DNA of 63,775 nt, filler included, from Collodictyon triciliatum (taxonomy: Eukaryota): NCBI GenBank assembly GCA_043381765.1. It is 17 parts of 17 records of this genome, joined end to end, with 100 filler letters (N's around TTAATTAATTAA, not from the genome) between each part and the next. Parts side by side here need not be neighbours in the genome. Positions count along the whole stretch, not along the records: positions 27,203 to 31,006 come from JBHJMP010006885.1; positions 31,107 to 34,891 come from JBHJMP010006886.1; positions 34,992 to 38,776 come from JBHJMP010006887.1; positions 38,877 to 42,660 come from JBHJMP010006888.1; 13 more parts are not named here. One strand, given 5' to 3'. Below, one piece after another: positions 28,879 to 42,300 of this stretch. Each line of letters opens with the position of its first letter. Position 1 is the first letter of the stretch. The translations under genes and the position numbers were made by a program. The notes below the pieces were generated by a model. The model made no database searches. It was given only the letters and a program-made list of their open reading frames with translations, and was not told where the DNA came from.

Positions 28879-30897
28879 GGAAAGCGATCAAAACAATGGA
28901 ACAAAGAGAAGCGGTAACAAATACACTTTATTATTTAGAAGAATATGTCGCTTTCATTTTCAAATCAATAATAATAAAATATAAACAAAATAACAGGAAA
29001 AATCCGAGACCGAAACGCAAGTTGATCAAGTTGATCAAGTTGATCAACCGATGGAAGAAAGAGTAAACACCAACGTGTCAACGCAAGGTATCAATTATTT
29101 CTCACACTTGTCTTTAAACTCCCAACATATGTCTTATTTTTAAAACTCTAAACAAGAAAAACATGGCGACTGTCAAGCCGCCAACTCATCCACAGCGATG
29201 GACTCACGCACTGAGGTACATATATAACAATACACCTTTCCAAAGAGCCCAGTAATTATAAATAATACTATGTAAAACAGACAACAGCGAATGAAAAGAA
29301 AAGCACTCAAGAGCTGCATTCCCAGCCCAGCACTTCAAAGAACGTAAGTATTTTTATTGCCTCTTTGTTTACAACTTGTGAAAGGTTTTTCTGATTTTGT
29401 ATGTTTTTTATTCTATGACATATGTTTCATATGAAATAAATTAAAAAAATGTTTATTGAAATAAAACAATAAGGATGCCACGGTGGTCAAAAAGAGAGGA
29501 ATCCAAACCCAGTTTCTCTACTATAATCCGAATCCTAAACATGACCAAGGTAGTCTTGCATTTGCACTCATACAATTCACTTTTTTGATTTCAAGTATAA
29601 TGGATCTTTTATTTAGATGATCTGTTGGTTTCTTCTGCTGTTGACTATTCCGAGTACATGGTATGGTTGAATAATGCTCAATATATCTCATAAAGTAGAA
29701 TCAGTCATATCAATATAAACACTATACCAATAACAACTATTACATTGATGATATCGAAAAAAATGTACAGTTTATCGAAAAAGAGGTCATCGAGCATGAG
29801 GATAGAAGCAGTCCCATGCTGATGTGTAGTATGCATGGTAATCATTATACCAAATACTTATAACTCGATATAAGAGGAAGCTCTGCGTTTAAATATATCA
29901 CATTAAGGCTTTTTTTGTTTAAATATTAATAATTACAAAATAAAGACTCCTAAAATCATATATCTCCTGTAGTGCACTTAAGCTTGATTTATTTCAAAAG
30001 GTGACGAGGTGTTGGACAATTCCATAGAATCGAGCGACTCTGAGGAACCAGTTGTAGTGGTTCGAAATGAATCAATGGATTCCATGGTGAAAAGGGTTTG
30101 TTTATCTCTATTCAATATTATGCATTTAATTCCTTCGCTTCAAAAAATAGCATATATTCGTGAAGAAGAAAATTAATACATACACAACAGCATACAAAAA
30201 ACAAAGGATTCCAATCACAAGTGGAACACTCTCAACAAGTAGACACGCAAAGAGAAATGCAAATGAAAATGCAAATGGAAACGGAAAAAGAAAAAGAATT
30301 ACAAAAGGAAAAAGAAAAGCAAATCGAAAAGGAAAAGGAAAAGGAAAAGGAAAAGGAAAAGGAAAAGGAAAAGGAAAAGGAAAAGAAAAAGGAAAAGGAA
30401 ACGGAGAAGGAAAGAGAAAAGGAAAAGGAAAAGGAAAAGGAAAAGGAAAAGGAAAAGGAAAAGGAAAAGGAAAAGGAAAAGGAAAAGGAAAAGGAAAAGG
30501 AAAAAGAAAAAGAAAAGGAAAAGGAAAAGGAAAAGGAAAAGGAAAAGGAAAAGGAAAAGGAAAAGGAAAAGGAAAAGGAAAAGGAAAAGGAAAAGGAAAA
30601 AGAAAAAGAAAAGGAACGCCAAGAAGAAAAAGAGGAGGAAAAGGAAAAGGAAAAGGAAATAGAAAAGGAAAAGGAAAAGGAAAAGGAAATGCAACGCCAG
30701 AAGGAAAAAGACCGTCAAAATGAAAAGGAGATGCAAGCCCAAAAGGATATCGACAACAAAAAACAAGATGACTCCCACTCTCCTCCATCAAAAGGTAACT
30801 ATCATCTATCACACCATTTGCATTCACCTGTCATATAAAATCAAACTCATTGATATTAATAAACTATAGAGCCCACCACCACTCCTATTGCACGGGT
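28879..30897 (+). CDS. Hypothetical multi-exon low-complexity protein with long (EK)n tract
   Basis: Series of short AG/GT-bounded exon-like segments; 30221-30838 frame reads (EK)n from a (GAAAAG)n repeat with non-repetitive coding-like flanks. Confidence 0.4.
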
Positions 30898-31313
30898 AAG
30901 TGAAAACCTTTCACCTTTTGATTTGATAACACAGTATAGAAATCAATCATAGTATTGATAAAAAATGTTTTTTTCAAGAGAAACAGGTTAAGTCTCAGAA
31001 GAAAAGNNNNNNNNNNNNNNNNNNNNNNNNNNNNNNNNNNNNNNNNNNNNTTAATTAATTAANNNNNNNNNNNNNNNNNNNNNNNNNNNNNNNNNNNNNN
31101 NNNNNNAACAAAAAAAACAAAAAAAATAAAAACAAAAAAATAAAAACAAAAAAACAAAAATAAAAACAAAAACAAAAACAAAAACAAAAACAAAAACAAA
31201 AATAAAAACAAAAATAAAACAAAAATAAAAACAAAAACAAAAATAAAAACAAAAATAAAAACAAAAATAAAAACAAAAATAAAAACAAAAACAAAATACC
31301 AGACAGAAGACAA

Positions 31314-32687
31314 ATGCCAGAAACGAAGAGGGACGCAGAGAGCGAGTGGATCAGGCGGGGGCGACTGGTGTACGGACTGTGGAGCGGGTCGCTGGGGTGC
31401 GTGCTGCCCTTTGTGCCGGTGCTGCTGACGCAGAGGGGCAACGACGCCGGGGAGGGCGGGCCGCTGACAGCCACGCAGCTGGGCCTCATCGCAGGCATTG
31501 TGCCGCTGGGCACGCTGCTGACCGCACTGCCGGGGGCGCGCCTGGCCGATCGCCTGCAGGCCCACCGCGCCGTCTTTGCGGCTGCCTGCGTCGTGGCGGC
31601 CCTGGCGCGGCTCGGCCTGCTGGCCAGTCTGCAGCCACCGGACACAGCCACAGCCACAGCCACAGCCACAGCCACAGCCACAGCCACAGCGCTGCTGCTG
31701 CGCCCGGCAATCGTGTGGCTGCAGGCGGCGGCCCTGGCCCACGCGCCCTCGGGCGTCCTGCTCGACCACATCGTGCTGGAGGGCGTGGGCGGGGCCGCAT
31801 ACGGCAGCGTGCGCGTGGCCGGGTCGCTGGGCTTCGGCCTGGCCGCCCTGCTTGTGGGCGCCGCCGTCCCGCTGGACCGCCCGCTGCTGCTGTGGACCGT
31901 CCATCTCGCGCCGCTGGCTGCCTGCCTGTGGGCCGCCCGCCGCCTGCCACCATCATCACCATCATCACTATCATCACCATCGCCATCGCCATCGCCTCCA
32001 TCTTTGGCATCAACGCGCGTGTGGCGCCACACCCTCCTCCTCGCGCTGGTTGCCTGGTGCGGCTTCGTGCAGGCGGCGATGGAGACGTTCGGGCTGCTGC
32101 ATCTGCGCGCCATCGGCCTCGGGCAGGCGTGGCTGGGCGCCGTCCTTGCGGCCGCGTGCCTGGGCGAAATCCCGGCGTTTGCAGCGGCCGGACGCGCCAT
32201 CCGCCTGGGCTCGCACCTCCCGCTCATCGCCCTCGGCCTCGCCGCGCACGCCGCCCGCCTCGTCGCCTTTGCCCACGCTGCGCACGCCCACCCGCTGCTT
32301 CTGCTCCTTGTGCAGCCGCTCCACGGACTCAGCTTCGCCCTGCTCTGGGCCGCCGCCATGGACTACGCACACACCGCCGAGCCCCACCCGCCCCACCGCT
32401 CCTCCTCCGCCTTGGTTGCCGTCCTCAACGCCGCCTTCTGGGGCGTCGGCTGTAAGCGCCCATCCCATCGCATCCCATCGCATCCCATCGCATCCCATCG
32501 CATCCCATCGCATCCCATCCCACCCGCAGGCGCCTCCGGGAATGTCCTGTGCGGCATGATGTACGACCAAATCGGCCCTGCGCGCATGTATCACCTTCTC
32601 GCGTGTGCCACGCTTCTGCTTCTGGCCCTGCTCCTCTCCTGGATCCGCCGCGCCAACCACACTGCCGTCGCTCTCTCTCACAAATGA
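31314..32687 (+). CDS. MFS transporter (MFS_1-like / MFSD6-type) with one 78-nt intron (32452-32529)
   Basis: Many hydrophobic helices; LGLIAG...GARLADR, YGSVRVAGSLGF, GEIPAF, VQPLHGLSFALLWAAAMDY; GTAAGC...CCCGCAG intron filled with (CATCCCATCG)n. Confidence 0.85.
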   Translation: MPETKRDAESEWIRRGRLVYGLWSGSLGCVLPFVPVLLTQRGNDAGEGGPLTATQLGLIAGIVPLGTLLTALPGARLADRLQAHRAVFAAACVVAALARLGLLASLQPPDTATATATATATATATALLLRPAIVWLQAAALAHAPSGVLLDHIVLEGVGGAAYGSVRVAGSLGFGLAALLVGAAVPLDRPLLLWTVHLAPLAACLWAARRLPPSSPSSLSSPSPSPSPPSLASTRVWRHTLLLALVAWCGFVQAAMETFGLLHLRAIGLGQAWLGAVLAAACLGEIPAFAAAGRAIRLGSHLPLIALGLAAHAARLVAFAHAAHAHPLLLLLVQPLHGLSFALLWAAAMDYAHTAEPHPPHRSSSALVAVLNAAFWGVGCKRPSHRIPSHPIASHRIPSHPIPPAGASGNVLCGMMYDQIGPARMYHLLACATLLLLALLLSWIRRANHTAVALSHK

Positions 32688-32941
32688 CCCACCACCCCAC
32701 CCACGGTCTTCCTCCTCCCTGAAGAATAATCAACAAACACAATCATCCACCGCTGCCAAAGTAACTCCACCAAAAAAAAACAAAAAAACAAAAAACAAAA
32801 ACAAATAATGAAATGGTCAGATAAAGAAAAGAAGAAGCTCTCGTGCTTCAACAATCAATCCCTCCCCTGAACGCGTGAAAGAAGAGAAAAAGAATGTTAA
32901 AAAAAATGCATTAAAAAAAAAAAAGAAAGGAGAGACGGTGG

Positions 32942-33889
32942 ATGAAGGCAGCAGCCTCCCCGCCCGCCCCGTGCGACTGGCTCGCCTCCCGCATTCTCGA
33001 GCGCGGCCTCGGCGGCGATCTGCTTCCTCTGTGCTCCGTCGTGCCTGCGGCCCAACTCAAAGACGCGCTCCACCGCAAAGTCAACGCCGTCCTCGCCTCC
33101 CACAGCGACGCCGCCGCCCTTTGTGGAGCCGCACACGGACTCGGCCTTGTGATCCGCTCCCTCGCCCTGGCAAACAAGCCTCGGATCGAAACGCAGGCCC
33201 ACGCAAACGCTGCCGGCCAAACCATACCAAAAGAGGGCGACGCGGCCTCGCTAAACGCGCTCCCTGCAGAGCTCCATCGCCGGCTGATGTGCTGGCTTCC
33301 GCTCCACGCCGATGTTCCGGACCTGTTTCGGGTGTGGGCGGAGCGCGTCGTCCTTGCCCCGCGGGAGTGTGAGTCGTGGCTGCTGCATCTGGGCTGCTGG
33401 GCGGCTCTGCGGCGGTCGCTGGGCATGGCACATCCGTCTCCCGCCTTTGACGCACTAATGGCCGCCCTCATTGCCGCCTTGCCCCCCGCGGCAGTCGCCT
33501 CCTCTGTCCTGACCCTGGCCTTCCTCCTGCGTCCTCTGCTTCCGCATCCATCGTCGCCGGCAGACGGGGCGGGTCTGTGGGATGCTGCGTGGAAGTCTCT
33601 CGCCCTGCCAAACACCCTCGGGCTGCTTTCTCATGACCTCGTCCGCGAGCATCGTGCGCGCTTTGCTCCTCTGCTGGACTCCTTCCGCTCCGCAAATCTC
33701 GCCACTTGCGCTGACTTTGAGCGGGACAGGTGGCCTCTTGGCAAGGACAAGGACAAAGACAAGGACAAGAGTTTGAGGTATAGCCGCGTCGATAAGAGAG
33801 CCCTCATGCCGCTATGGAGCGTCTTCCTGCATGATTTGGCTGTCTGGAAATCGTGCGAAAAAGGTCTGTATATGTGTTTATGTGTGTGA
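32942..33889 (+). CDS. Hypothetical GC-rich helical protein
   Basis: 315-aa ATG-initiated ORF with Ala/Leu-rich composition, bounded by AT-rich DNA; no family recognised. Confidence 0.55.
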   Translation: MKAAASPPAPCDWLASRILERGLGGDLLPLCSVVPAAQLKDALHRKVNAVLASHSDAAALCGAAHGLGLVIRSLALANKPRIETQAHANAAGQTIPKEGDAASLNALPAELHRRLMCWLPLHADVPDLFRVWAERVVLAPRECESWLLHLGCWAALRRSLGMAHPSPAFDALMAALIAALPPAAVASSVLTLAFLLRPLLPHPSSPADGAGLWDAAWKSLALPNTLGLLSHDLVREHRARFAPLLDSFRSANLATCADFERDRWPLGKDKDKDKDKSLRYSRVDKRALMPLWSVFLHDLAVWKSCEKGLYMCLCV

Positions 33890-33892
33890 TTA

Positions 33893-33995
<103 letters not shown>

Positions 33996-34991
33996 GTATG
34001 TGATTACACACTGGTATCACGACCGAAAATCAACTTTACTAAAAGAAAAAATGTGTGACATTTAAATTGAACTTTTTTTTTACTTTGCTTACTTGATTTT
34101 TTTCTCTTGGTTTTTTTTATTCGAAGAGGAATTATTTCTATCCTATTTGTCATTGAATTCTTTCTTAAAAAATCGGGGAATTTCACTATCATATTTATTT
34201 TTCCTTTTTTTTTTAATATTTTTTCTATATCTTTCTTTCCTTCTCTATCTTGTTTACCTTTTCTCTACTCGCAGATAATTTTCCGACAGTAGAGGCGTAC
34301 ATTTTTGAAGGTTCAAGGACAAGAGGAATGTTTCAAAGTCATCACTCCCTTGTTCAACGATTGGAAAGCTTTGAATTTGAGTTTCCAGAGTTTTTCTCCA
34401 AACTTCGGAACTACATCCCCATCCATAGAAAAACAAAGTTCGATCAACGTATCCATATGAAATCAGTAAGCATATTTTGATGTTCTGTCATATATTCCTC
34501 TATACATGTATTTCACTCATTTAAAATGAAACTTTGATATATATGTGTGTCTATTATCTTTCCTTACACTACGAAATAAAACCATCCCTTTAAGTATTGA
34601 GCACATTTCTCCCATTTAAAATGAACCCCTCTCCGTATCCCATCCTCTACACCTATAAGGAAGAACAATCAAACCCGTTGCGAAAAAGTCCAAAGAAATC
34701 TAAATTTGTAAGGATGCCGCTTCGTATAACCACAGCTAAAATTGTGTCATTGTCTCAAATTTCATGTACATCATATTAGAGATCATGCTTTCTTCTTCTT
34801 CTTCTTCTTCTTCTTCTTCTTCTTCTTCTTCTTCTTCTTCTTCTTCTTCTTCTTCTTCTTCTTCTTCTTCTTCTTCTTCTTCTTCTTCTTCNNNNNNNNN
34901 NNNNNNNNNNNNNNNNNNNNNNNNNNNNNNNNNNNTTAATTAATTAANNNNNNNNNNNNNNNNNNNNNNNNNNNNNNNNNNNNNNNNNNNN

Positions 34992-35085
<94 letters not shown>

Positions 35086-35154
35086 GAAAAAAAAAACGAA
35101 AAAAAACGAAAAAAAAAACGAACACAAACGTGATACATATAACGAATAATAAGC

Positions 35155-36962
35155 CACCTTTCTGAGGCAAATTCGATCTAATTTCCCGATACTTTCGTCG
35201 TCGATGTCGATGCAACTTTGTAAAAGTGTTTGCGTGAAGAGATTGCGGGAGAATCCGTACAATCTCGATTCATCACTTGAGTTATTCATCATGTATATGA
35301 AAGATTCCACTGATGATGAGTGCGGGGATAGAGCCCGAATATTATCTTGTGCGTCTCCTTTCATACTCCTCGCTTTGGAAGACGATTCAGCAGCTTTCTT
35401 CATACTTTGTGTGCGACGGTAATCCGCTCCTTGTTGATCGTTTCCCTCTTGAAACATATAAAACTTTTCTGCAATAACACTAATCAATGCGCCATACGAG
35501 AATATGCCTACTCCGTCGGGCTATTATATAGAAACTAGTAAGACAGACTTTTTCTTTGGGTAGAAAATATCATTCTTGAAAGTCCTTTAATACCCGAGCC
35601 AACTCGATCAGCTCCTTCGCTTGGGCCTCGTTGCAGTGCAATCCATACTTTGAAGTTTGATCTAGGGTGGTGATTACCTATATATCGATTTTCATTAAAT
35701 ACATATCATTACAATAATTCAACATTAGAAAACTGTTTAGGACTTTTTCAAAAAAAAAAGAAAGAAAAAAGAGATACGATGTATAAAATACATTTGCAGA
35801 CCTCTTTCCAGTCGTCATACCATACATATCCTTTCTTGTCCGGATCCAAGTTTTGGAATATAACAAAAACTTTATTTCGAATCTGTCTCAAGGAAACCTT
35901 TTCATCAGCTCCCGAGGCCATCACGGACATATCAAGTCTCTACAATATTATGAAACTGTAACAAGTATAGTAAAATGGAAACCATAAAGAAAAATGTTTA
36001 AATATACTACGACAGAAACATCAATTACAATAATTACAATACATTATTTCAGGGACTTCATTTTGCATTCGTCATGACAGCAAAATATAACAGTGATAAG
36101 GTAGCTAAATAGTAAATACTCACATCTCTAACAATATCGAGAAATCAATTTATCAATTTGATTGATTAGTTTGTGAAAGATAATCACTCAAATGTTGACA
36201 ATATATATATATATAACGCTTGGAACCATCATTTTTGAATCTTTAATTGAAAATAAAGGTGCCGCTATACACAGAAAGATACAAACGAGACTGATATAAG
36301 CTTCCTCAAAACCCAATGAAACACCATAAAAAAGAAAAGAAAAGAAAAAAGAAGCACACGTACAGCTCCTCTGCAGTGAAATCCAGCAGCCTGCTGTCCG
36401 GGATGATGTCAAGCGAGAATCCACGAGCTTCCAACCCATCCAACTTCCTCATGACGCCTCTATCGCCCTGCATGGCATAATCACACGGCTTCAACCTCGG
36501 CGGCGTAGCTGGCGGCAAACCTGCAGCCACACCATCACCACAATCAGCGCCGCCCTTTCGAAGAGACGACCACAAGCGACGCTCTCTGATCATCACGGGA
36601 GTGACATACCGCTGCCTTCGTGGCGTCAGACTTTGTGCTTGTCGGGCCGCGCGGCTTTCAATCGCTTCCAAGCCATTATCGACTGCGCGAGTGGCAGGAG
36701 CGAATGAATTGCGTCGAGAGATCGCTGCGGTACTGCTGATCGGATCAGTGATGTGTGCGTCAAAGTCTGTGGAGCGAAGAAAGTCGAGAAACGAGCCTGT
36801 GTTTGAGCGCGTTGGCGTGGGCAGAGGCACGCGTGGGGATTTCAGAGGCGCGAGTGTGACTTGAGCGGTCTCTTGGATGATCGGCTCTTGAATGATCGGC
36901 CCTTCGCTGGTGGGCAGGCGTTGAAGCCGCTTTTGATAGAGAGCGATTCGCGCGTTGCTCAT
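35155..36962 (-). CDS. Hypothetical multi-exon protein with degenerate EF-hand pair, 3' end lost in gap
   Basis: Large first exon MSNARIALYQKRLQR...; later exons VFVIFQNLDPDKKGYVWYDDWKEVC, KYGLHCNEAQAKELIELAR|PDGVGIFSYGALISVI resemble a calmodulin-like lobe. Confidence 0.5.
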
Positions 36963-37372
36963 TCGTTTGCGGTGTTGGCTTTTGCTGCTGGACGGCTTTT
37001 GGCGCGTGAGTTTGCGAGCTTTTCCTTGATGCAAGTGAGGGCGACTCGCAGCTGTAAAGTAGAGTTTGTTTTTCTTTTCTTTAGGTAGAGTGTCCGCCTG
37101 TCAACGGTGATTTTCTCTGAATTTTTGACAGCTGAGGATTTGGGGAGTGAATGCTGAAAAGTTTGGATAAAGATAGCAGCTTGTATACACATCCTTTTTT
37201 TCTTGTCTTATCTGTATTGTCTCTTTCTCTCTTTATTCATTTTTAAGGTGTCTTTTTTTTCTTGGTCAACATGAATGTCGGCTTATAGCGTGTGAAAGAG
37301 CAGGGAAAGGGATGGGAAAAGAAGGGATAGTGAGTTTCAGTATTCTGTTCATTCGTTTTCGTTTATCGTCGT

Positions 37373-38283
37373 TTATTGGGATAGAGTCCCCTCTGCTATG
37401 ACTTTGTGTATGGTTACAAAATCGTCCCAGCCGGAGTGGATGACAACCTTGAGATAGCGCACGTAGATGGGCGAGTTGAACTAGGTGAAGAGGTTAAGAA
37501 AATGAAATAAGTGAGAATGAGAAAAAAAGAAAAAGAAAAAGAGGACATTTGATTCTAAGATGGTGGCATTATTCTCACGTACTTTGCGAGACTCAGACTG
37601 CAGCTTGCCAGGTTTGAATGTAAACTCTAGGTTCATGTTATGTACGATTATGATAATAGGGTCTGTATTAGTGATATGATTGAAAATTGAAAAAAAACCG
37701 TGATTATTGCTGAAATAGCACGAATCACTTTTTCCCGATTCTAAATGTAAGATATACCTTCTTTTAGGATTTCCTCAAAGTTCATGGGAAGGTTGGCATC
37801 ACACTTTTGGACAGAAATCTTTCGAACTGCGTATGAAAGATACGTACAAATGGATTCATGAGCGAAATGCAGATAGCTTTGGCACATTAATTATTTATCA
37901 AACAACACATGAGAAGAAATACAATTATGGAGGATTCCACATCTACTCACCATTAGCGCAAACAAACTTGAGGCGGATAACCTGTACATTGGTATTAAAA
38001 GCTATGGTAAATTCTTGCGGAAACATCCCCGTAGACGACCAAAACGTAGTCTCGATTCTGAGGCACCGCAGAGATATGGGAAAGTATATTAATATCGCGT
38101 ATTTCAGAGTCGCCCGAGGCGAACACATACATGTGGCAGAGAAACAGAGAACAAAAATGCATTGGTATTTTACAATGATGATGAAACATACGGGTCGAGC
38201 ATTCGTTCTGGCGGGTGGTTTTCGTCGTGGGATGTGGCCATCAGGATGGTGGCGCCGGACGCTTCGAGAGCCAAATCAGTCAT
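37373..38283 (-). CDS. IFT25: Intraflagellar transport protein 25 (HSPB11), 5 exons
   Basis: Manual splice: MTDLALEASGATILMATSHDENHPPERMLDP|IETTFWSSTGMFPQEFTIAF...|...|...|FNSPIYVRYLKVVIHSGWDDFVTIHKVIAEGTLSQ*; FWxxTGMFPQEF and HPPE are IFT25 signatures; all introns GT-AG and phase-consistent. Confidence 0.92.
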
Positions 38284-39359
38284 CTCGGGAATAGTTACGA
38301 GAGAAGTGTAGGAAACACGCCGACGGAGAGTGGGCTGTGATTGGGTTTGTGGCACTGTGGTACCGGAGTCGGAATCCGTTTCGGACGACAAAAGAGTGCG
38401 GGAATCACAGTAGATAGGGGGTCACACAGCTGCAAAAAGAGAGAATAAAAGGTAAACAACGTAATGGAGAGAAAGTATAGTATATTGTCTGCTCCTCTTT
38501 TTGCGATGTTTTCTTGAGGGGCTTCGCCAGAGAAAAGAGATAGAGAGAAAAAAAAAGAGAGAAAAAAAGAGAGAGAAAAAAAGAGAGAGAAAAAAAGAGA
38601 GAAAAAAAGAGAGAGAAAAAAAAGAGAGAGATAAAAAAGAGAGAGAAAAAAAGAGAAAAGAGAGAAAAAAAGAGAAAAGAGAGAAAAAAAAGATAAAAAA
38701 AGAGAGATAAAAAAAGAGAGATAAAAAAAAGAGAGATAAAAAAAAGAGAGATAAAAAAAAGAGAGATAAAAAAAAGNNNNNNNNNNNNNNNNNNNNNNNN
38801 NNNNNNNNNNNNNNNNNNNNTTAATTAATTAANNNNNNNNNNNNNNNNNNNNNNNNNNNNNNNNNNNNNNNNNNNNAAGAAAAAAGAAAAAAAGAAAAAA
38901 AGAAAAAAAGAAAAAAAGAAAAAAAGAAAAAAAGAAAAAAAGAAAAAAAGAAAAAAAGAAAAAAAGAAAAAAAGAAAAATATTCTTGTGCGTTGAAGCCT
39001 ATCATCCGCTTGCATGGTTCTGAACCACAGACGGAGTTCCGACGCGGGTTGATTTATTCTTGCGCAGCGACGGTTTCACTATTTTAACCCCCACACACAC
39101 ATTTTTTCCGTTGCGCAGAAGTTTCAAAGGGAATGTTCGCAAGTGGGCCGGTTGCTGGTGCATCACTCCCCGAGAGTCGAACAAAACCGCCATAGAAACC
39201 TCAACCAAAAGACACAATAGCTGATTGTGTTTTCACTTCCAATAGCATCCCAGTGGCTGTTCTTATTTTTACTTTGAAGAAATGCAAACGAAGAGTCATT
39301 TGCCATTCACCTCGCTTGGAGGTTTTTGTCGCGAGGCGCAGAGGAGTAGCCGGCGGACT

Positions 39360-42300
39360 CTAAGCACGCTTTCGGCTGGACTTGTTGGCCTCCTTGAAAC
39401 GGCGTTTCAAAGTTGCATGGCTACGCTCGTGATGTGGCTCCAGAAAGGCGGCTATCTGTAATTAAAGATCTGGTTATGCGACGTTCTGGAATATAAATTC
39501 ATCATTCTATGACATGTTCGAATGTTTGATTGTGTTTTACCGCGTTAAAGGTCAGATCAAGCACTCTGAGTTCTGCTAAATTAGTGATTCCTCCAGGCAA
39601 ACATGTTAACTAATTATATGAATCATATCAATATGTATTTTTTTTTTTGTATTCGAAATGTTTCAGTGTAAATTCATAGTTAGGGATATATGTAACCATA
39701 TATTAAAACTTCAAAGAGACAGAACGAACGAAGTTGTTAGAAATGTCTAATTCTCTAAGTCGCGTCATCACGGTGATCGATTGTGGAAGATCCTTCAGCT
39801 AATTTTATTTGGAGGTTAAACTATTTACCCCTTCATATTGCAACAAACAGAGGGTTTTTATCTTTTTTATCTTTTTTTTTTTTTGCACAAACTTGAGCGT
39901 AGCTGAGACTCAGTGAAGTAAGATTAGTCATGAGACTGACACCAATAGGAATAGCGGATACATTCACTCCATAAAAGCTCAATACTTGGGCTCTCAACTG
40001 CTTTTTAGTCGGTTGCCAGCCTGGTTCCATCATATCATCGTCCTTGATATAAAAAGCCGACGTCTATAAGTGACCAATTGATATGTTCATCAGTATAAAT
40101 CCACTATTGGACTTACGAAATAGTTGTAGAACCGCAGCTCTTTAAGATAACCAACAGAAGAATGCGTGGAATCGAGAGATTCGTAATTACTCCAGAAGGG
40201 AAGTTTGGATATCCCTGAGGGCAATTTCTTAATGTAAACACAATCGAAGGTTTCAGCAATAGTCCCTGGTGGTTCGACAACCAGGACGCTGAGCTTTGTC
40301 AGAGTTGTTACTTGTGGAGGTATTTCCTGAATCTATGCCCATGTATTTTTTCCCGTGTTAAATCAACTTTACTTTCTAAATTCTATCGATATAAGATATA
40401 GGTTAAAAGTTAAAACGTAAATAATAAAATTAAAGAATCGATAAGAAATACATGGTTTCCAGAAATATTGACATGTACGAGGCGTGTTAGTCTTGATATA
40501 TTTGGCGGAAGAGACATAAGATAATTTTGGGAGAGTAGGAGTTTCGTAAGACGAGTTAGATTAGATATTGCAGTGGGTAGGATAGAAATATGATTCTTTG
40601 AAAAATCCAGCTCGATTAGTGAGTCCAGCATGGAGATCTCATCTAGAATGAACTTGATTTCATTTCCATTGGCATTTAGTTTCTTGAGACCTTTCAAGCG
40701 TGATATTCCGCAAGGAAGAGATAAAAGGAAATTTTTTTGTATATCGAGCTCAACAAGATTACTCATGGAAGGTAATCCATCCGGTAAGGAGTTGAGCCCC
40801 ATATCAGAAACATTCAGCTCTGTGAGATTAGTCAGGAAAGAAAATTTCAGAGCCAAATTAGGTATGCGATTGAAACTGATGTTAAGATGAGAGAGCCATA
40901 TCACGTTTGAAACATCGGATGGGAATGAAGTTAATGAATTTTTGCTGGTATTCAGTAACGAGAGTCTATAGAGTGATGACAGTCCAGATGGAAAGGACAC
41001 GAGAGAATTCATTTCTAGGTTTAGATATGAAAGACTGCGCATGCATGTGATTTCTGGTGGTAGAAGCGAAAGGGCATTTCTTGACAGATCAAGATATTCA
41101 AGGCAGGTAAGTGCCGAAATTGAAGTCGGTATGGATGAAATCTTATTTCCATGCAAGGAAATTCTAGTAAGGCTAACAATTTTGAACATCTGGGTTGGAA
41201 GATAAGAGAGCAAGTTTTCTTGGAGCTCTATCCTTTTCAAGAGAGATAATGCAGATATGTCCGGAGATAAAAATGTTATTGCATTCTTGTAGGCAATAAG
41301 CTCTCGAAGGTTAGTAAGCCATGATACATCTGATGGAATATTTGGTATCCTATTACTGGATATGTCTAGTTTAGTCAAGCGGGTCGAAGACCAGCATTTA
41401 AACGGCATAAAATCCATACTATTTTCGCTAATATCCAAAAACTCAAGGCTCGTACAGTGAGAAATTTGTTCAGAGATTAAAACGATTTGATTCCGATAAA
41501 CTATAAGTTCTTTCAGGCCGGTAAGAGAGCCTATATTCGCAGGTAGCTCTCTTATATCGTTATTTGAAGCATCCAGTTTAGTGAGAGAAGAGAGTTTTAG
41601 AATTCTATCCAAAAATGAAAAGGTTCTGTTGAGACTTATATCAAGGAAAACGAGAGATGTGAGGCATGATACATGCTTTTCAATTGATAGTATAGAATTT
41701 TTGCTTAGAATAAACTCTTTTAGACAATCCAGGCGCGATATCCCATCAGGAAGCATCGTCAATCGATTTTGAGAAATATCAAGGACATTCAGGCTTGTCA
41801 ATGACGATATCTCGAGAGGTAAACTATTGAGCAAATTATGGCTCAAATCCAGTACTGAGAGGTTGGATAGACCTGAAATGGCATTACATAGCGACTGAAT
41901 TTGGTTATAGTGTACAAGGAGCTCTCGAAGACCAGTTAGAGATGATATTTCCTCTGGTATATATGTAAGCTTATTAAACGAAATATCAATTTTTGTGAGG
42001 CTTATCAGTAGTGATATCTCATGGGGTATATATGTGAGTATATTTCGATGAAGTTGAAGCAATTCAAGTGCTGTCAGGCCTGATATTTCAGGAGGAATCG
42101 CATGAAGGCGATTACGATCAAGGAAAAGTTTTAAAAGCCCAGGGAGCAAAAATAATTGAGTCCTAATTGATAAAATCATGTTTTCAGACAAATCAAGCCT
42201 TGAAAGAGCAGTTAACAGCGATACTCGTTCTGGCAAGAATAGGATTTCGTTCTTGGAAATATTGAGCGATTGAAGGTTTTGAAGAATGCCTAATGATATA

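Noticed and set aside
31055-33776. Long antisense and alternate-frame ORFs over the MFS gene and its neighbour
   Set aside because: Expected from stop-codon scarcity in GC-rich DNA; only the + strand frames look like proteins
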